Positions 1 to 13,967 of a stretch of DNA of 64,000 nucleotides are shown here, in pieces. Made by a program: the position numbers and the translations under genes. The notes under the pieces are model-generated. The model made no database searches and was not told where the DNA came from. It saw only the letters and a program-made list of their open reading frames with translations. Numbering within the stretch: the stretch's first letter is position 1; each line of letters opens with the position of its first letter. This stretch comes from Lingula anatina (lineage: Eukaryota > Animalia > Brachiopoda), in contig CM120642.1 in NCBI GenBank assembly GCA_051362555.1, positions 21,700,001-21,764,000 on the forward strand, in the 5' to 3' direction.

Positions 1-168
1 AATAATATTATGTAGGTCAATGGCGATTCTAAAATGGTCCACTGCTTTTATCTGAACAGTTTTCGCCATGTTTGACAAACTGGGCAGTACTATAACGCCA
101 CCTGGAGGAAAATATGATCGTCTCTGTTGCAATAAGTACCAGTCACATTATGATATCAACATACTACA

Positions 169-334
169 CAGGGGCGTAACCAGGCATACGCATGGATGCA
201 CTGTGCGTACAATTTTTTGAGCCAACCATGATATTATTCTCCACAAATTCAGTGTATTTTTCACGGAATATAATCGTACCTGGGAATTTTCAAAATCTGT
301 GCGTACAATTTTAAAAGGTCTGGTTACGCCCCTG
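169..334. mobile_element. Non-autonomous DNA transposon (MITE) with CAGGGGCGTAACCAG TIRs and 5-bp TSD, hAT5-like
   Basis: CAGGGGCGTAACCAG at 169 and CTGGTTACGCCCCTG ending at 334, with CTACA on both flanks. A second family member at 52785-53595 also has a 5-bp TSD. Confidence 0.8.
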
Positions 335-880
335 CTACATGTAGCTGAATATGACATCTACGTCTTTGTATGTCCACACATGAATCTACAGTATATGCAC
401 AGGTGTATGTAACGTACTTTTCCCGTCACGCCGGTTTATTTGGACTTCTTAAGGAGGACGATAAACATACTGTACACGTGTGACGAGGCAGAAAAGCTGT
501 CATGTGTACATACAGATATATAACACATGGTAGAAACACTGACATGAAAACAGTCTACTGTCGCTGTACTGGGGGTAAATTAAGGAAGCCATTTAAAATG
601 GAAGTGAACAAAATGTTTGATACTGTATAATGTTTATGTTTTGTTACCCAATGCTTCACAGCATCATGATAACCTGTTTTCAATAAAGAAATACATGTGT
701 CGTGGATATTAAAATAATGTAGTAAACACAGGACTTGAGGCCCATGTAAATACTTATTAAATCACAATTAAAATATGCCAAACTGTGAATAGTGAAAGTG
801 GGGAAATTTAAACGTTAAACCTACATCTGTGTTTCAGTCTAAGAGAAAGAGCACATTAATTATGACTGAGGTAAGCTTAT

Positions 881-3441
881 TAGTCTGGTGGGAAGGAGGG
901 GTTCACGTGCAACCCCGTGAAAAACAGTGGATACCTATATTTTCTTAACCCTTGATGTCTAAATTTTTGATTTCTTGATGTTCCCAGGGTGAAAAAATGT
1001 CCCATGGGGTTTTAATTTAATGACATGTAACACCCTGTGGCTCAAATAACCACATTTGAAATAATGGGGGTAGGGGAAGAAAATTATCTATAATTTGCAA
1101 TTTAAATAAGATATAAGAATGGTTTATATATCATTATGTAGGTAAAAGGTTGCTCTAAAAATACAAGTAATAAAAGTTATGTAATACTGAACCATGTCTA
1201 AGTAAAATGGTGTCAAAGGTCAAATGAGGTCAAATTTGAGAAATTTTCAGAAAAATAAAGCAATAAAGTTTATCTGTATAGAGAATGTGAGCCAACAACA
1301 TACTTTGAAGGGTATATTTGATAAATCCCATCTATATTACAAATAGTTAATGGTCATTTGTGACTTAGTTTTACAGTTTGTGATAATTATGATGGATATG
1401 ATTAGCGTATGGGGGTATCAGTTAAATTTCAGATCGGTGGGGGTAGGGGAAGAAAATCACTCATAACTTGAAATTTAAGTAAGATATAACAATGATTTAT
1501 ATATCATTGTATAGCTTAAGCCTTGTTCTAAAAACATAAGTAATAAAAATTATGTAATGCTAAACCATAATGGAGTAAATGGGGTCAAAGGTCAAATGAG
1601 GTCAAATTTAAGAAATTTTCAGGAAAATAAGCCAATATAGTTTACTTATTTAGAGGATTAGAGCCCACAGTACATTTTAGAGTATTTTGTGTAAGTTCCA
1701 TCAATTAAGCAAATGCAAAATGGTCTATTGGTATTTAATTTTACAGTTTGTGGAAATTATAATGGATTAGGATAGGATTGATTAACATATGGGTACTGAC
1801 ACTATCAGTTCAGTTTCAGAACAATGGGGGTTGGGGAAGAAAATCACCCATAACCTAAAATTTAAGTTACATATAACAATGATTTGTATATTATGCATAT
1901 CTAAAGCATTGCTCTAAACAAAAAAGTAATAAAAGTTATGTAATACTGAAACATCTCAAAGTAAAAGGGGGTCATATAAGGTCAAATGAGGTCAAATTTG
2001 AGAAATTTTCAGAAAAATAAAGCAATAAAGTTTATCTGTATAGGGAATGTGAGCTAACAATATACTTTCTAGTGTATGTTTGATAAATCCTATCTATATG
2101 ACAATGCTTAATGGTTATTTGTAACTTAATTTTACATTTTGTGATAATTATGATGGATATGATTAGCGAATGGGAGTATCAGTTAAGTTTCAGATCAGTG
2201 GGGGTAGGAGAAGAAAATCAATCATAACTTGAAATTTAAGTAATATATAACAATGATTCAAATATCATTGCATAGCTAAGGAGTTCCTCTAAATACACAA
2301 GTAATAAAAATTATGAAATACTAAACCATTATGGAGTAAAATGGGGTCAAAGGTCAAATAAGGTCAAATTTGAGGAATTTTCAGAAAAATTAAGCAATAA
2401 AGTTTATTTATTTAGAGGGTTAGAGCCCACAGTATAATTTTGGAGTATGTTAGGCAAATCCCATCTTTATAGCAAATGTTTTATAATTTTTTGAGACTTA
2501 ATTTTACATTTTCTGGGATTTATCAATATGGTGGGGGTGTAGTTCAATTGCCGAAAATGGGGGTAGGGGAAAGAAAATCATTAATAGTATAGGATTTAAT
2601 TAAGATATGACATTGATAATATATCACTGTGTTGATAAAAGAGAGCTCTAAACAATTAAGCAATAAAAGTTGTGCAACATTGAATCATGGCTAAGTTAAA
2701 AGAGATCAAATGTTAAATAAGGTCAAAATTGAGACATCATCAGGAAAGTAGAAGAGAGGTCAAATTTGAGTCATTTTCTGGAAAAAAAAACAATAAAGCT
2801 AATTATTTTACATAGAACTTGAACTTAGATAATGTTTCTTTAGGGTAAGTTGTCTGTTTCAATTATTTCATGGGAATTTATTTTAAAGTTTGTTAAATTA
2901 AAAATGCAATTCTTACAGCAGAGGGGTTCAGCATAATTGCCAAAAGTTGGGGCTAGGGAAAAAATCTGTTCATAGTAGGGAATTTTAAGTAAGATGTAGC
3001 TATGATTTATGTATCATTCTGAAGCTGAAGGGTTGTTCAAAATACATCAGAAATAAATGTTATATAAAATTGAGACATGGTGAGGCTTAATGGGGTCCAA
3101 GATCAAACTAGGTCCATCCCTAATAAAAGGACTTGATGGAATATTTGGATTTTTTACAATAAGTGAGTACTGCAGATGGGATCAGTTCAATTGCATAAAA
3201 AATGGAGACAGGGAAAGGACACCCTTCATAGTAGGGAATTTAATTAAGATTTACCTTAGATATATCACTGTGCAGCCAAAATGTTGCTCACAACATATAA
3301 ATAACACATTTTATGTAAAAGTGAATCATATGTCTTCATAGAATGGGATCAAATGCTAAATGAGGTCAACTTTCAGGCATTTGTAAGAAAAGAAATTAAA
3401 TATAGCAGTTAAGTTTTACAGAGAAGAATATGATTTGTAGA

Positions 3442-3504
<63 letters not shown>

Positions 3505-6222
3505 ATTTGATGGGGGTATGAGAGTTTATTTTACAGTAGGTGAGATGTAAAACCTATACAAGCACTGCAGATGGGTTTAATTTAATTGTCGAAAAAAACG
3601 GGGGTAGGGGAGAAAAATCCGTATCATTTGATATTTATTCTTAAAACAAAATATACATTATACTCCTACATTACTTAAATGTTTAGAGGGACCATTCAGC
3701 AACACAATGATATATAAACTATAGTTATATCTTACTTAATTCCCTTACTATTAATGATTTCCTTCTCCTGGCTGCCCCCATTTGTGGGCAATCGAACTAA
3801 GATCCCCCTACAGTACATACATGTATACTAATAAGTTTTATCATTCATAAATATCAGAAACTCTAAAATTAAGTATTTGAACTCCATGAAATTTTTGTAA
3901 CAAAAATTTAATTTATCAAAGATATCCAAAAATCCTAATTTGAACTCACGTTCTCTGAATAAAGAAACTTGACTGCTTCAAATATGAGACCTCATTTGAC
4001 AGTTTTCCCCTTTTTACACAGACATCATTCAATTTTACATAATATTTGCAATTTAAATGTTTAGAACAACCCTTCAGGTATATTATGATATAGAAATCAC
4101 AGTCATACCTTACTTACAATACCTCCTATGAGTGATGTCCTTTCCCTGCCCCCACTTTATGGCAATTTAACTGAACACTTCTTAAGTACTGGTATCAGAC
4201 ATAGATCTAAATGCTGTAAAATGAATTCCCAAAACCCTGTTAAATAACTAAGATTTAAACTGTATTTACCAATCATACTCTAAAGAAACATTTTCTACGT
4301 TCAAAATTTCTGATTAAATAAAAATTCTATTTTGAAAATGACTCAGTTTTGACCTTAATGGACTGTTGACCACTTTTAACTCAGCCACGTTTCAATGTTA
4401 CTTAACTTTTATTATTTATAATTTATTGGATGTTTAAGAGCTCTCCTTCAGCAACATAATGATATATAAATCAATGTCATATCTTAATCAAATCCTATAC
4501 TAATAATGATTTCCTTCCCCTACCCCCATTTTTGCCAATTGAACTGACCCCCCCCTCCTCAACCTTAATTGTATCATTCATTTTGATAAATCTTCCAAAA
4601 TGTAAAATTAAGACTCAATAGAATATTAAACATTTGCTATATAAATGGCATTTGCACAACTTACTCCAAATATATACTGTGGGCTCTTATCCTCTAAAGG
4701 AACAAACTTTATTGGCATATTTTCCTGAAATTTTCTTAAATTTGACCTCATTTGACCTTTGACCCCTTTTTACTCCATAATGGTTTAGTATTACATAATT
4801 TTATTACTTATGTGTTTAGAGGAACTCCTTAGCTATGCAATGATATTTAAATCATTGTTATATCTTACTTAAATTTCAAGTTATGATTGATTTTCTTCCC
4901 CTACCCCCTCTGATCTGAAATTTAACGGATACTCCCATATGCTAATCATATCCATCATAATTATCACAAACTGTAAAACTAAGTCACAAATGACCATTAA
5001 CTATTTGTAATATAGATGGGATTTATCAAATATACCCTTAAAAGTATGTTGTTGACTCACATTCTCTATACAGATAAACTTTATTTCTTTATTTTTCTGA
5101 AAATTTCTCAAATTTGACCTCATTTGACCTTATATGACCCCCTTTTACTTTGAGATGTTTCAGTATTACATAATTTTTTATTACTTTTTTGTTTAGAACA
5201 ATCCTTTAGCTATGCAATGATATACAAATCATTGTTATATATTATTTAAATTTCAGGTTATGGGTGATTTTCTTCCCCTACCCCCATTGATCTGAAATTG
5301 AACTGATACTATCCGTACCCATATGTTAATCATATCTATCATAATTTCCACAAAACTGTAAAATTAAGTCTCAATAGATCATAAAACATTTGCTATATAA
5401 ATGTGATTTGCACAACTTACTCCAAATATATGCTGTGGGCTCTAATCCTCTAAATAAGTAAACTATATTGGCTTATTTTCCTGAAAATTTCTCAAATTTG
5501 ACCTCATTTGACCTTTGACCCCATTTACTCCATTACGGTTTAGCATTACATAATTTTTATTACTTATGTTTTTAGAACAAGGCTTAAGCTATGCAATGAT
5601 ATATAAATCATTGTTATATCTTACTTTAATTTCAAGGTATGAGTGATTTTCTTCCCCTACCCCCACAGATCTGAAATTTAACTGATACTCACATACGCTA
5701 ATCATATCCATCATAATTATCACAAACTGTAAATTTAAGTCACAAATGACCATTAAACATTTGTAATATAGATGGGATTTATCAAATATACCCTTCAAAG
5801 TATGTTGTTGGCTCACATTCTCTAAACAGATAAACTTTATTGCTTTATTTTTCTGAAAATTTCTCAAATTTAACCTCATTTGACCTTTGACACCATTTTA
5901 CTTAGACATGGTTCAGTATTACATAACTTTTATTACTTGTATTTTTAGAGCAACCTTTTACCTACATAATGATATATAAACCATTCTTATATCTTATTTA
6001 AATTGCAAATTATAGATAATTTTCTTCCCCTACCCCCATTATTTCAAATGTGGTTATTTGAGCCACAGGGTGTTACATGTCATTAAATTAAAACCCCATG
6101 GGACATTTTTTCACTCTGGGAACATCAAGAAATCAAAAATTTAGACATCAAGGGTTAAGAAAATATAGGTATCCACTGTTTTTCACGGGGTTGCACGTGA
6201 ACCCCTCCTTCCCACCAGACTA
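881..6222. mobile_element. Academ-type non-autonomous foldback transposon (5.3 kb, nearly palindromic, arms built of ~370-390-bp subrepeats)
   Basis: Starts TAGTCTGGTGGGAAGGAGGGG and ends CCCCTCCTTCCCACCAGACTA. A 3-bp TSD (TAT) splits the satellite motif AAGCTTAT^CTGTTGACTG. TAG...CTA termini with a 3-bp TSD are Academ hallmarks. The subrepeat marker GGTCAAATGAGGTCAAATTT recurs near 1218, 1590, 1981 and 2353 and is mirrored on the right arm. No transposase ORF. Confidence 0.8.
3445..3499. repeat. (TA)n microsatellite near the centre of the foldback element
   Basis: About 27 uninterrupted TA units. Confidence 0.97.
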
Positions 6223-6968
6223 TATCTGTTGACTGTGTGTAATTGAAGTGAATTTTTGAGAAGTGAAAACTAGACTTAAAAGACTGGCAAAAGCCATGGA
6301 TAAAAACAGTTAAACATTAATAATAATGACATATCAAGTCCAATGTTTGTGACATTTGTACAACTGAAGCTTAACAACTGTATAAATCTGAGACAAGCTT
6401 ATCAGTTGATTGTCTATGATGAAAAATTTTTTTTGGACAATATATTGCAGAAAACTGAAAATTACATTTAAAAAAACTGGCAAATTCCACGGCTTGAAAA
6501 CGTTAAACGTTAATAATTTTGACAAATCTGGTCCCATATTTTTGATACTTGTACAAACGCTGCTTAACAATAATAAAAATGTGATAAGCTCATCAGTTCA
6601 CTGTGTAATTAACTGATGAATGTGAATTGACTGTGTATTTTTTAACAATATATATTTCAGAAGAGTGCAAACTGCATTTAAAAAACTGCTATATTCCCCA
6701 GATTAAAATAGTTAAATGTTATTAACCCTGTGAGATGTACTCTCATGTTTGTGAAACTTGTACAACTGTAGCTTAGCAACTGAAATAATCTAAGATAAGC
6801 TGATCAGTTAACTGTATGTTATGAAAGTAATTTTTAGGACAACATATTTGAAAAAAACTGATAATTACTTTGAAAAAAAAACTGGAAAATTCCATGGATA
6901 AAAATAGTTTTAAGTTAATGATTTTGACAAATCTAGTCCAAAGTTTGTGAAATGTATACCACTTACGC

Positions 6969-7022
<54 letters not shown>
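6223..7022. repeat. Diverged copies of the ~195-bp satellite, ending in a poly(A) run
   Basis: Motifs GTTAAACGTTAATAATTTTGACAAATCT and GATAAGCTCATCAGTT are present with many substitutions. A-run at ~6980-7022. Confidence 0.8.
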
Positions 7023-7025
<3 letters not shown>

Positions 7026-7066
7026 TGAAGTGTTTTTTCTTTCACAGTTCATTTAAAAAAGGTAAA

Positions 7067-7734
7067 AACTACAGGATCAGAGAGGGGATACCACCTCCGG
7101 GTATTATGCCACCAGCTGGAGTAAGCGAATTCTTATAGAAACAAAAAAGGGAGTCCACCTCCAGTGTTTTGCTTGACAAACTTTATGCATTAAACAAGAA
7201 TTCTCAATTTTTTAAAGAATATTTCAATTTATAACAAAATTGTGGGGAGAAGTAAAAATTCAAATCCAAGGTTGCAGTAGGGATGAGAATATAAAACTTC
7301 CTATCCAAGTTCAATTGTATATGTATCAGAGCTTGAAAATTTGGAAAGTGCGATTCATGGCTAAAAAAAAAAAAAAAACAGACACCATCCCTAGTCTTTT
7401 GCTTGACATGCTCTATAAAATGCACTAAACAAGAGGTTTCTAGCATTTATGGTGCCAGGATTAGAGTTTTCAGTTTAGAAATCTAATGGACGCTTCTCCA
7501 GATGCACCAATTGACCTCAAACTCACAAAGATGAAAGATGACCCTAAGGGTAATACCTGCCCATAATATTAATACAAAAGTTAGATACAGGGGCTCTTGT
7601 AGTTTAAGAGGACAAGCAGTAAAGGTGACGTGGCAGCAGAGCTGACGGAACCAACGGTGCTAGTGGAGCCACCGGACAATACCAGTCGGGACTAAAACCA
7701 TAGGTACCGCCAGCACTGTGCTAGAGGTATAATA
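7067..7734 (+). mobile_element. Short Helentron-type non-autonomous element (HINE) without the central array
   Basis: 5' AACTACAGGATCAGAGAGGGGATACC...CCACCAGCTGGAG and 3' GGGACTAAAACCATAGGTACCGCCAGC...GCTAGAGGTATAAT match the ends of the elements at 34070 and 43339. Confidence 0.7.
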
Positions 7735-7958
7735 AGACTTAAAATGTAACAAATTACCATCACAAATATAGTTAAACATTAAAGCAATAATAACTCTTCC
7801 TTTGAGATTCAAAATTCCGCAAAAAATACATTGTAAACAACGCATGAAAATATATTGCACTTTACCACTAAAATGGCTGTTATTGTAGTAAAACTGAAAT
7901 CTGTGCTTGTCAATTGGGCTTGCGATGCCTTTCTTCCCGGTTGTCAAGGCATCCATTG

Positions 7959-8023
7959 CCAATGACGTTAGGGTGTCACGTGATTTCTCACGTTCATTCA
8001 AGACCAGAACAACAAATGGCGGC
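7959..8023 (+). promoter_or_regulatory. Cluster of housekeeping-promoter motifs (CCAAT, CRE half-site, USF/CLEAR E-box, YY1)
   Basis: CCAAT 7959, TGACGT 7963, GTCACGTGAT 7975 and AAATGGCGGC 8014 within 65 bp. No linked gene identified. Confidence 0.3.
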
Positions 8024-8645
8024 ATAAGAAAGCAGATGCGTGATGCAATCCTCATACATAAGTTGCAAGTTTTTGTACAGTGCTTTGAATAAGGAAAAGT
8101 CCAGAATTGCACACATTGTAGATATAAATGCATTTTGAGCAATAAGACGAATATATCTTATGAATCTTATATTATTGTTATATAGTGTTGTTGCTGTCTG
8201 CTTTTCCTGCGGTTTTAAGTAGGTCACCAGAAAATCTTGCTCAATATCCCACGACTATGCAATGTCAGAGAAGGCTCCGTCTTCGAAGTTTGGTTTTTTG
8301 TTAAAATCTCTTAAGACATTTTAACAAAAAATCCAAACTTTTAGGAAAAAAACCCTGGACTAACTTTGAATGCAGGAATGGGGTTGTTGACCATTGATAA
8401 GTACGGGAAAATTGCCCTTTACTCCAGGAAAATCCAAATTTATGCCAAAACGAAGAGTTATTATGACTAATAATTTTGTCAATTCTATTCAATTTCTTTT
8501 AAATTTTGAAAAAATGAAACTTAACAACTGCAGATATCTGTGATAAGCTTATCAGTTGACTGTGTGTAACAGAAGTGTAGCTTATTGGCAACTTGTATGA
8601 GAAGAGTGAGAATTATTGAAAACAAATATTTTAATAATGCAATAT

Positions 8646-8743
8646 CCCAGCAGACAAACGACATTGATTCACCGTTGAATCAACGTTAATTTTGGTGGAT
8701 CAACGTTGAATCAACTTAGAATCAATGTCGTTTGCCTGCTGGG
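8646..8743. mobile_element. 98-bp palindromic MITE, CACTA/EnSpm-type (CCC...GGG, 2-bp TSD AT)
   Basis: CCCAGCAGACAAACGACATTGATTC ... GAATCAATGTCGTTTGCCTGCTGGG. Removing it plus one AT restores the satellite motif CAATATAT. Confidence 0.8.
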
Positions 8744-8904
8744 ATATCATTCAGTCTCTAATGAAACATCAAACATGATAATTTGTTTGCTTGTGTAAAG
8801 GTGGCAAATTGTCCAAAATTGAGATCTAGAATACAACATATACCCATTCCTTTCTACTGATACAAGATGGAGGTTCCTCCTTACAAAGGTTTTCTGGAGT
8901 CAGG

Positions 8905-11900
8905 TTCAGCACACCATTTCACAATCACTGAATGTCGTAAGTTTTGCCACATACCATCTATTGTACACATGGATAATAAGCTTATCAGTTGACTGTGTGT
9001 ATTAGAAGTGTAGTTTATTGGCAAATTGTATGAGAAGAGTGAGAATTACCGAAAACATTTTTTTCAATTTCACAACATAAAATTAGCCTCACATTTAACA
9101 TCAAATGTTATGATTTGAGTTTGTTTGTGTAAGAGGTGACAAATGACCCATAATTGTCCTCTGAATAAAAATATATACCCATTCAAGACTTCTCCTTACT
9201 ACCAATACCAGATGCAGATTCCTCCTTACAACTGATTTCTAGAATTGGGTTTAGCACACCATTTGACAATGTCCTAAAGCTTGCCACATACCATCTATTC
9301 TACACATGGATGAGAAAAACCATTGCTCTTGCTGTTGTCTTTCACTGCCTGTTTTTTCTACAGGAATTAGCCATGACCAGACAGGAAGAATCAGTTCATC
9401 AAAAAACCCACCACGCTGTATGGAAAAGGTCACCTGGAAAAAGAACAATATATTTGAAAAAAGTGAAAATTAAATTTTAAAAATTGACAAATTTCACAGA
9501 CTAAAATATGTAAAACTTTAATAACTTTGGTAAAGTTAAGCTTAACAGTTGACTGTGTCTAATAAAAAGGATATTTTTGGAACTGAAAATAACACTGAAA
9601 AGATTGCCAAAGTCCATGACTTCAAATAGTTAAACGTTAATAATTTTGACAAATCAAGTCCAATATTTGTGAAATTTGTACCAATCATGCTTAACATCAA
9701 TAAAAATCTGTGAAAAGCAAATCAGTTGACAATGTCCAATGAAAAAAGATTTTTTCAGAACATATAAATTTGAGAAAACTGAAAATGACATTGAAAACAC
9801 TGACAATGCTATGCCTTAAAATTGTAAAACGTTAATAATTTTGACAAATCTAGTCCAATATCTGTGAAATTTGGAGAGATGATGCATAACAACAATAAAA
9901 ATCTGTGAAAACCTCATCAGTTGACTGTTTCTAGTGAAAAAGATTTTTTCGACAATATAATTGAGAAAACTGAATGTTACATTGAAAAGACCATGACTTC
10001 AAATAGTAAAATGTTAATAATTTTGACATATCTAGTCCAATATTTGTGAAATTTGTACAAACATCATTTGACAATGTCCTAAAGCTTGCCACATACCATC
10101 TATTCTACACATGGATGAGAAAGACCATTGCTCTTGCTGTTGTCTTTCACTGCCTGTTTTTTCTACAGGAATTAGCCATGACCAGACACGAAGAATCAGT
10201 TCTTCAAAAAACCTACCACGCTGTATGGAAATGGTCACCTGGAAAAAGAACAATATATTTGAAAAAAGTGAAAATTAAATTTTAAAAATTGACAAATTTC
10301 ACAGACTAAAATAGTTAAACATTAATAACTTTGGTAAAGTTAAGCTTAACAGGTGACTGTGTCTAATAAAAAGGATATTTTTGGAACTGAAAATAACACT
10401 GAAAAGACTGCCAAAATCCATGACTTCAAATAGTTAAACTTAATAATTTTGACAAATCAAGTCCAATATTTGTGAAATTTGTACCAATCATGCTTAACAT
10501 AAATAAAAATCTGTGAAAAGCAAATCCGTTGACAATGTCCAATGAAAAAGATATTTTCAGAACATATATATTTGAGAAAACTGAAAATGACATTGAAAAC
10601 ACTGACAATGCTATGCCTAAAAATAGTTAAACATTAATAATTTTGACAAATCTAGTCCAATATTTGTGAAATTTGGATAGAAGATGCATAACAACAATAC
10701 AAATCTGTGAAAAGCTCATCAGTTGACTGGGCCTAATGAAAAAGATTTTCTTTGGACAATAAATTTGACAAAACTGTAAATAACACTGAAAACACTGCCA
10801 AATTTCATGGTATAATATAGTTAAACGTTAATAATTTTGACAAATCTTGTCCAATATTTGTGAAATTTGGGCATATGATGCTGAACAATATTAAACATCT
10901 GTGGTAAGCTTATCAGTTGACTGTGTGTAATAGAAGTGTAATTGTCCTGTGAAAAAATATATATACCCATTCGAGACTTCTCCTTACTACCAATACCAGA
11001 TGCAGATTCCTCCTTGCAATTGGTTTCTGGAATCAGGTTTAGCACACCATTTGACAATGTTCTAAAGCTTGCCACATACCATCTATTGTACACATGGATG
11101 AGACAGACCATTGCTCTTGCTGTTGTCTTTCACTGCCTGTTTTTTCTACAGAAATTAGCCATGACCAGACACGAAGAATCAGTTCATCAAAAAACCCACC
11201 ACGCTGTATGGAAAAGGTTACCTGGAAAAGGAACAATATATTTGAAAAAAGTGAAAATTAAATTTTAAAAATTGACAAATTTCACAGAATAAATAGTTAA
11301 ACATTAATAACTTTGATAAAGTTAAGTTTAACATTTGACTGTGTCTAATAAAAAGGATATTTTTGGAACTGAAAATAACACTGAAAAGACTGCCAAAATC
11401 CATGACTTCAAATAGTTAAACTTAATAATTTTGACAAATCAAGTCCAATATTTGTGAAATTTGTACCAATCATGCTTAACATAAATAAAAATCTGTGAAA
11501 AGCAAATCCGTTGACAATGTCCAATGAAAAAGATATTTTCAGAACATATATATTTGAGAAAACTGAAAATGACATTGAAAACACTGACAATGCTTTGCCT
11601 AAAAATAGTTAAACATTAATAATTTTGACAAATCTAGTCCAATATTTGTGAAATTTGGATAGAAGATGCATAACAACAATACAAATCTGTGAAAAGCTCA
11701 TCAGTTGACTGTGTCTCATGAAAAAGATATTTTCAGAGCATATAAATTTGAGAAAACTAAAAATTACATTGAGAAGTCTGCTGAATTTAGTGCCTAAATA
11801 TAGTTAAACGTTAATAATTTTGACAAATCTATTCCAATATCTGTGAAATTTGGAGAGATGATGCATAACAAGAACAAAAATCTGTGATAACCTCATCATT

Positions 11901-13967
11901 GGACTGTTTCTAGTGAAAAAGATTTTTTCAACAATATAATTTAGAAAACTGAATGTTACATTGAAAAGACTGACAAAGTCCATGACTTCAAATAGTTAAA
12001 CATTAATAATTTTGACAAATTTTGTCCAATATTTGTGGAATTTGGACAAATGATGCTGAACAATAATAAAAATCTGTGATAAGCTCATCAGTTGACTGGG
12101 CCTAATGAAAAAGATTTTCTTTGGACAATAAATTTGACAAAACTGTAAATAACACTGAAAACACTGCCAAATTTCATGGTATAATATAGTTAAACGTTAA
12201 TAATTCAGCACACCATTTCACAATCACTGAATGTCGTAAGTTTTGCCACATACCATCTATTGTACACATGGATAATAAGCTTATCAGTTGACTGTGTGTA
12301 TTAGAAGTGTAGTTTATTGGCAAATTGTATGAGAAGAGTGAGAATTACCGAAAACATTTTTTTCAATTTCACAACATAAAATTAGCCTCACATTTAACAT
12401 CAAATGTTATGATTTGAGTTTGTTTGTGTAAGAGGTGACAAATGACCCATAATTGTCCTCTGAATAAAAATATATACCCATTCAAGACTTCTCCTTACTA
12501 CCAATACCAGATGCAGATTCCTCCTTACAACTGATTTCTAGAATTGGGTTTAGCACACCATTTGACAATGTCCTAAAGCTTGCCACATACCATCTATTCT
12601 ACACATGGATGAGAAAAACCATTGCTCTTGCTGTTGTCTTTCACTGCCTGTTTTTTCTACAGGAATTAGCCATGACCAGACAGGAAGAATCAGTTCATCA
12701 AAAAACCCACCACGCTGTATGGAAAAGGTCACCTGGAAAAAGAACAATATATTTGAAAAAAGTGAAAATTAAATTTTAAAAATTGACAAATTTCACAGAC
12801 TAAAATATGTAAAACTTTAATAACTTTGGTAAAGTTAAGCTTAACAGTTGACTGTGTCTAATAAAAAGGATATTTTTGGAACTGAAAATAACACTGAAAA
12901 GATTGCCAAAGTCCATGACTTCAAATAGTTAAACGTTAATAATTTTGACAAATCAAGTCCAATATTTGTGAAATTTGTACCAATCATGCTTAACATCAAT
13001 AAAAATCTGTGAAAAGCAAATCAGTTGACAATGTCCAATGAAAAAAGATTTTTTCAGAACATATAAATTTGAGAAAACTGAAAATGACATTGAAAACACT
13101 GACAATGCTATGCCTTAAAATTGTAAAACGTTAATAATTTTGACAAATCTAGTCCAATATCTGTGAAATTTGGAGAGATGATGCATAACAACAATAAAAA
13201 TCTGTGAAAACCTCATCAGTTGACTGTTTCTAGTGAAAAAGATTTTTTCGACAATATAATTGAGAAAACTGAATGTTACATTGAAAAGACCATGACTTCA
13301 AATAGTAAAATGTTAATAATTTTGACATATCTAGTCCAATATTTGTGAAATTTGTACAAACATCATTTGACAATGTCCTAAAGCTTGCCACATACCATCT
13401 ATTCTACACATGGATGAGAAAGACCATTGCTCTTGCTGTTGTCTTTCACTGCCTGTTTTTTCTACAGGAATTAGCCATGACCAGACACGAAGAATCAGTT
13501 CTTCAAAAAACCTACCACGCTGTATGGAAATGGTCACCTGGAAAAAGAACAATATATTTGAAAAAAGTGAAAATTAAATTTTAAAAATTGACAAATTTCA
13601 CAGACTAAAATAGTTAAACATTAATAACTTTGGTAAAGTTAAGCTTAACAGGTGACTGTGTCTAATAAAAAGGATATTTTTGGAACTGAAAATAACACTG
13701 AAAAGACTGCCAAAATCCATGACTTCAAATAGTTAAACTTAATAATTTTGACAAATCAAGTCCAATATTTGTGAAATTTGTACCAATCATGCTTAACATA
13801 AATAAAAATCTGTGAAAAGCAAATCCGTTGACAATGTCCAATGAAAAAGATATTTTCAGAACATATATATTTGAGAAAACTGAAAATGACATTGAAAACA
13901 CTGACAATGCTATGCCTAAAAATAGTTAAACATTAATAATTTTGACAAATCTAGTCCAATATTTGTG
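8905..13967. repeat. Near-identical ~1.76-kb block duplicated at a 3299-bp offset (8905-10668 vs 12204-13967)
   Basis: Identical ORF translations at 9251/12550, 10032/13331 and 10426/13725. The shared junction TTCAGCACACCATTTCACAATCACTG is at ~8905 and ~12204. Confidence 0.9.
9179..9433 (-). other. Exon-like 255-nt cassette (representative copy; ~9 full and ~6 partial copies in the array)
   Basis: Minus strand: ttgttctttttccag|GTGACC...GAATGG|gtatat, GC-richer than the flanking satellite. Other full copies at about 10967, 12478, 14653, 25665, 27550, 29247, 30262 and 31970. Stop codons occur in every minus-strand frame. Confidence 0.5.

Noticed and set aside
9179-9433. TGA-rich phase-1 frame of the cassette as a multi-selenocysteine exon
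   Set aside because: TGA sites vary to CGA or AGA between copies, some copies have TAG or a 1-nt indel, there is no Cys/Sec motif context, and I recognise no SECIS
10942-11268. Open plus-strand frame across the cassette (up to 108 aa) as a repeated gene
   Set aside because: No recognisable domain, no consistent ATG, splice signals are on the opposite strand, and copies are frameshifted
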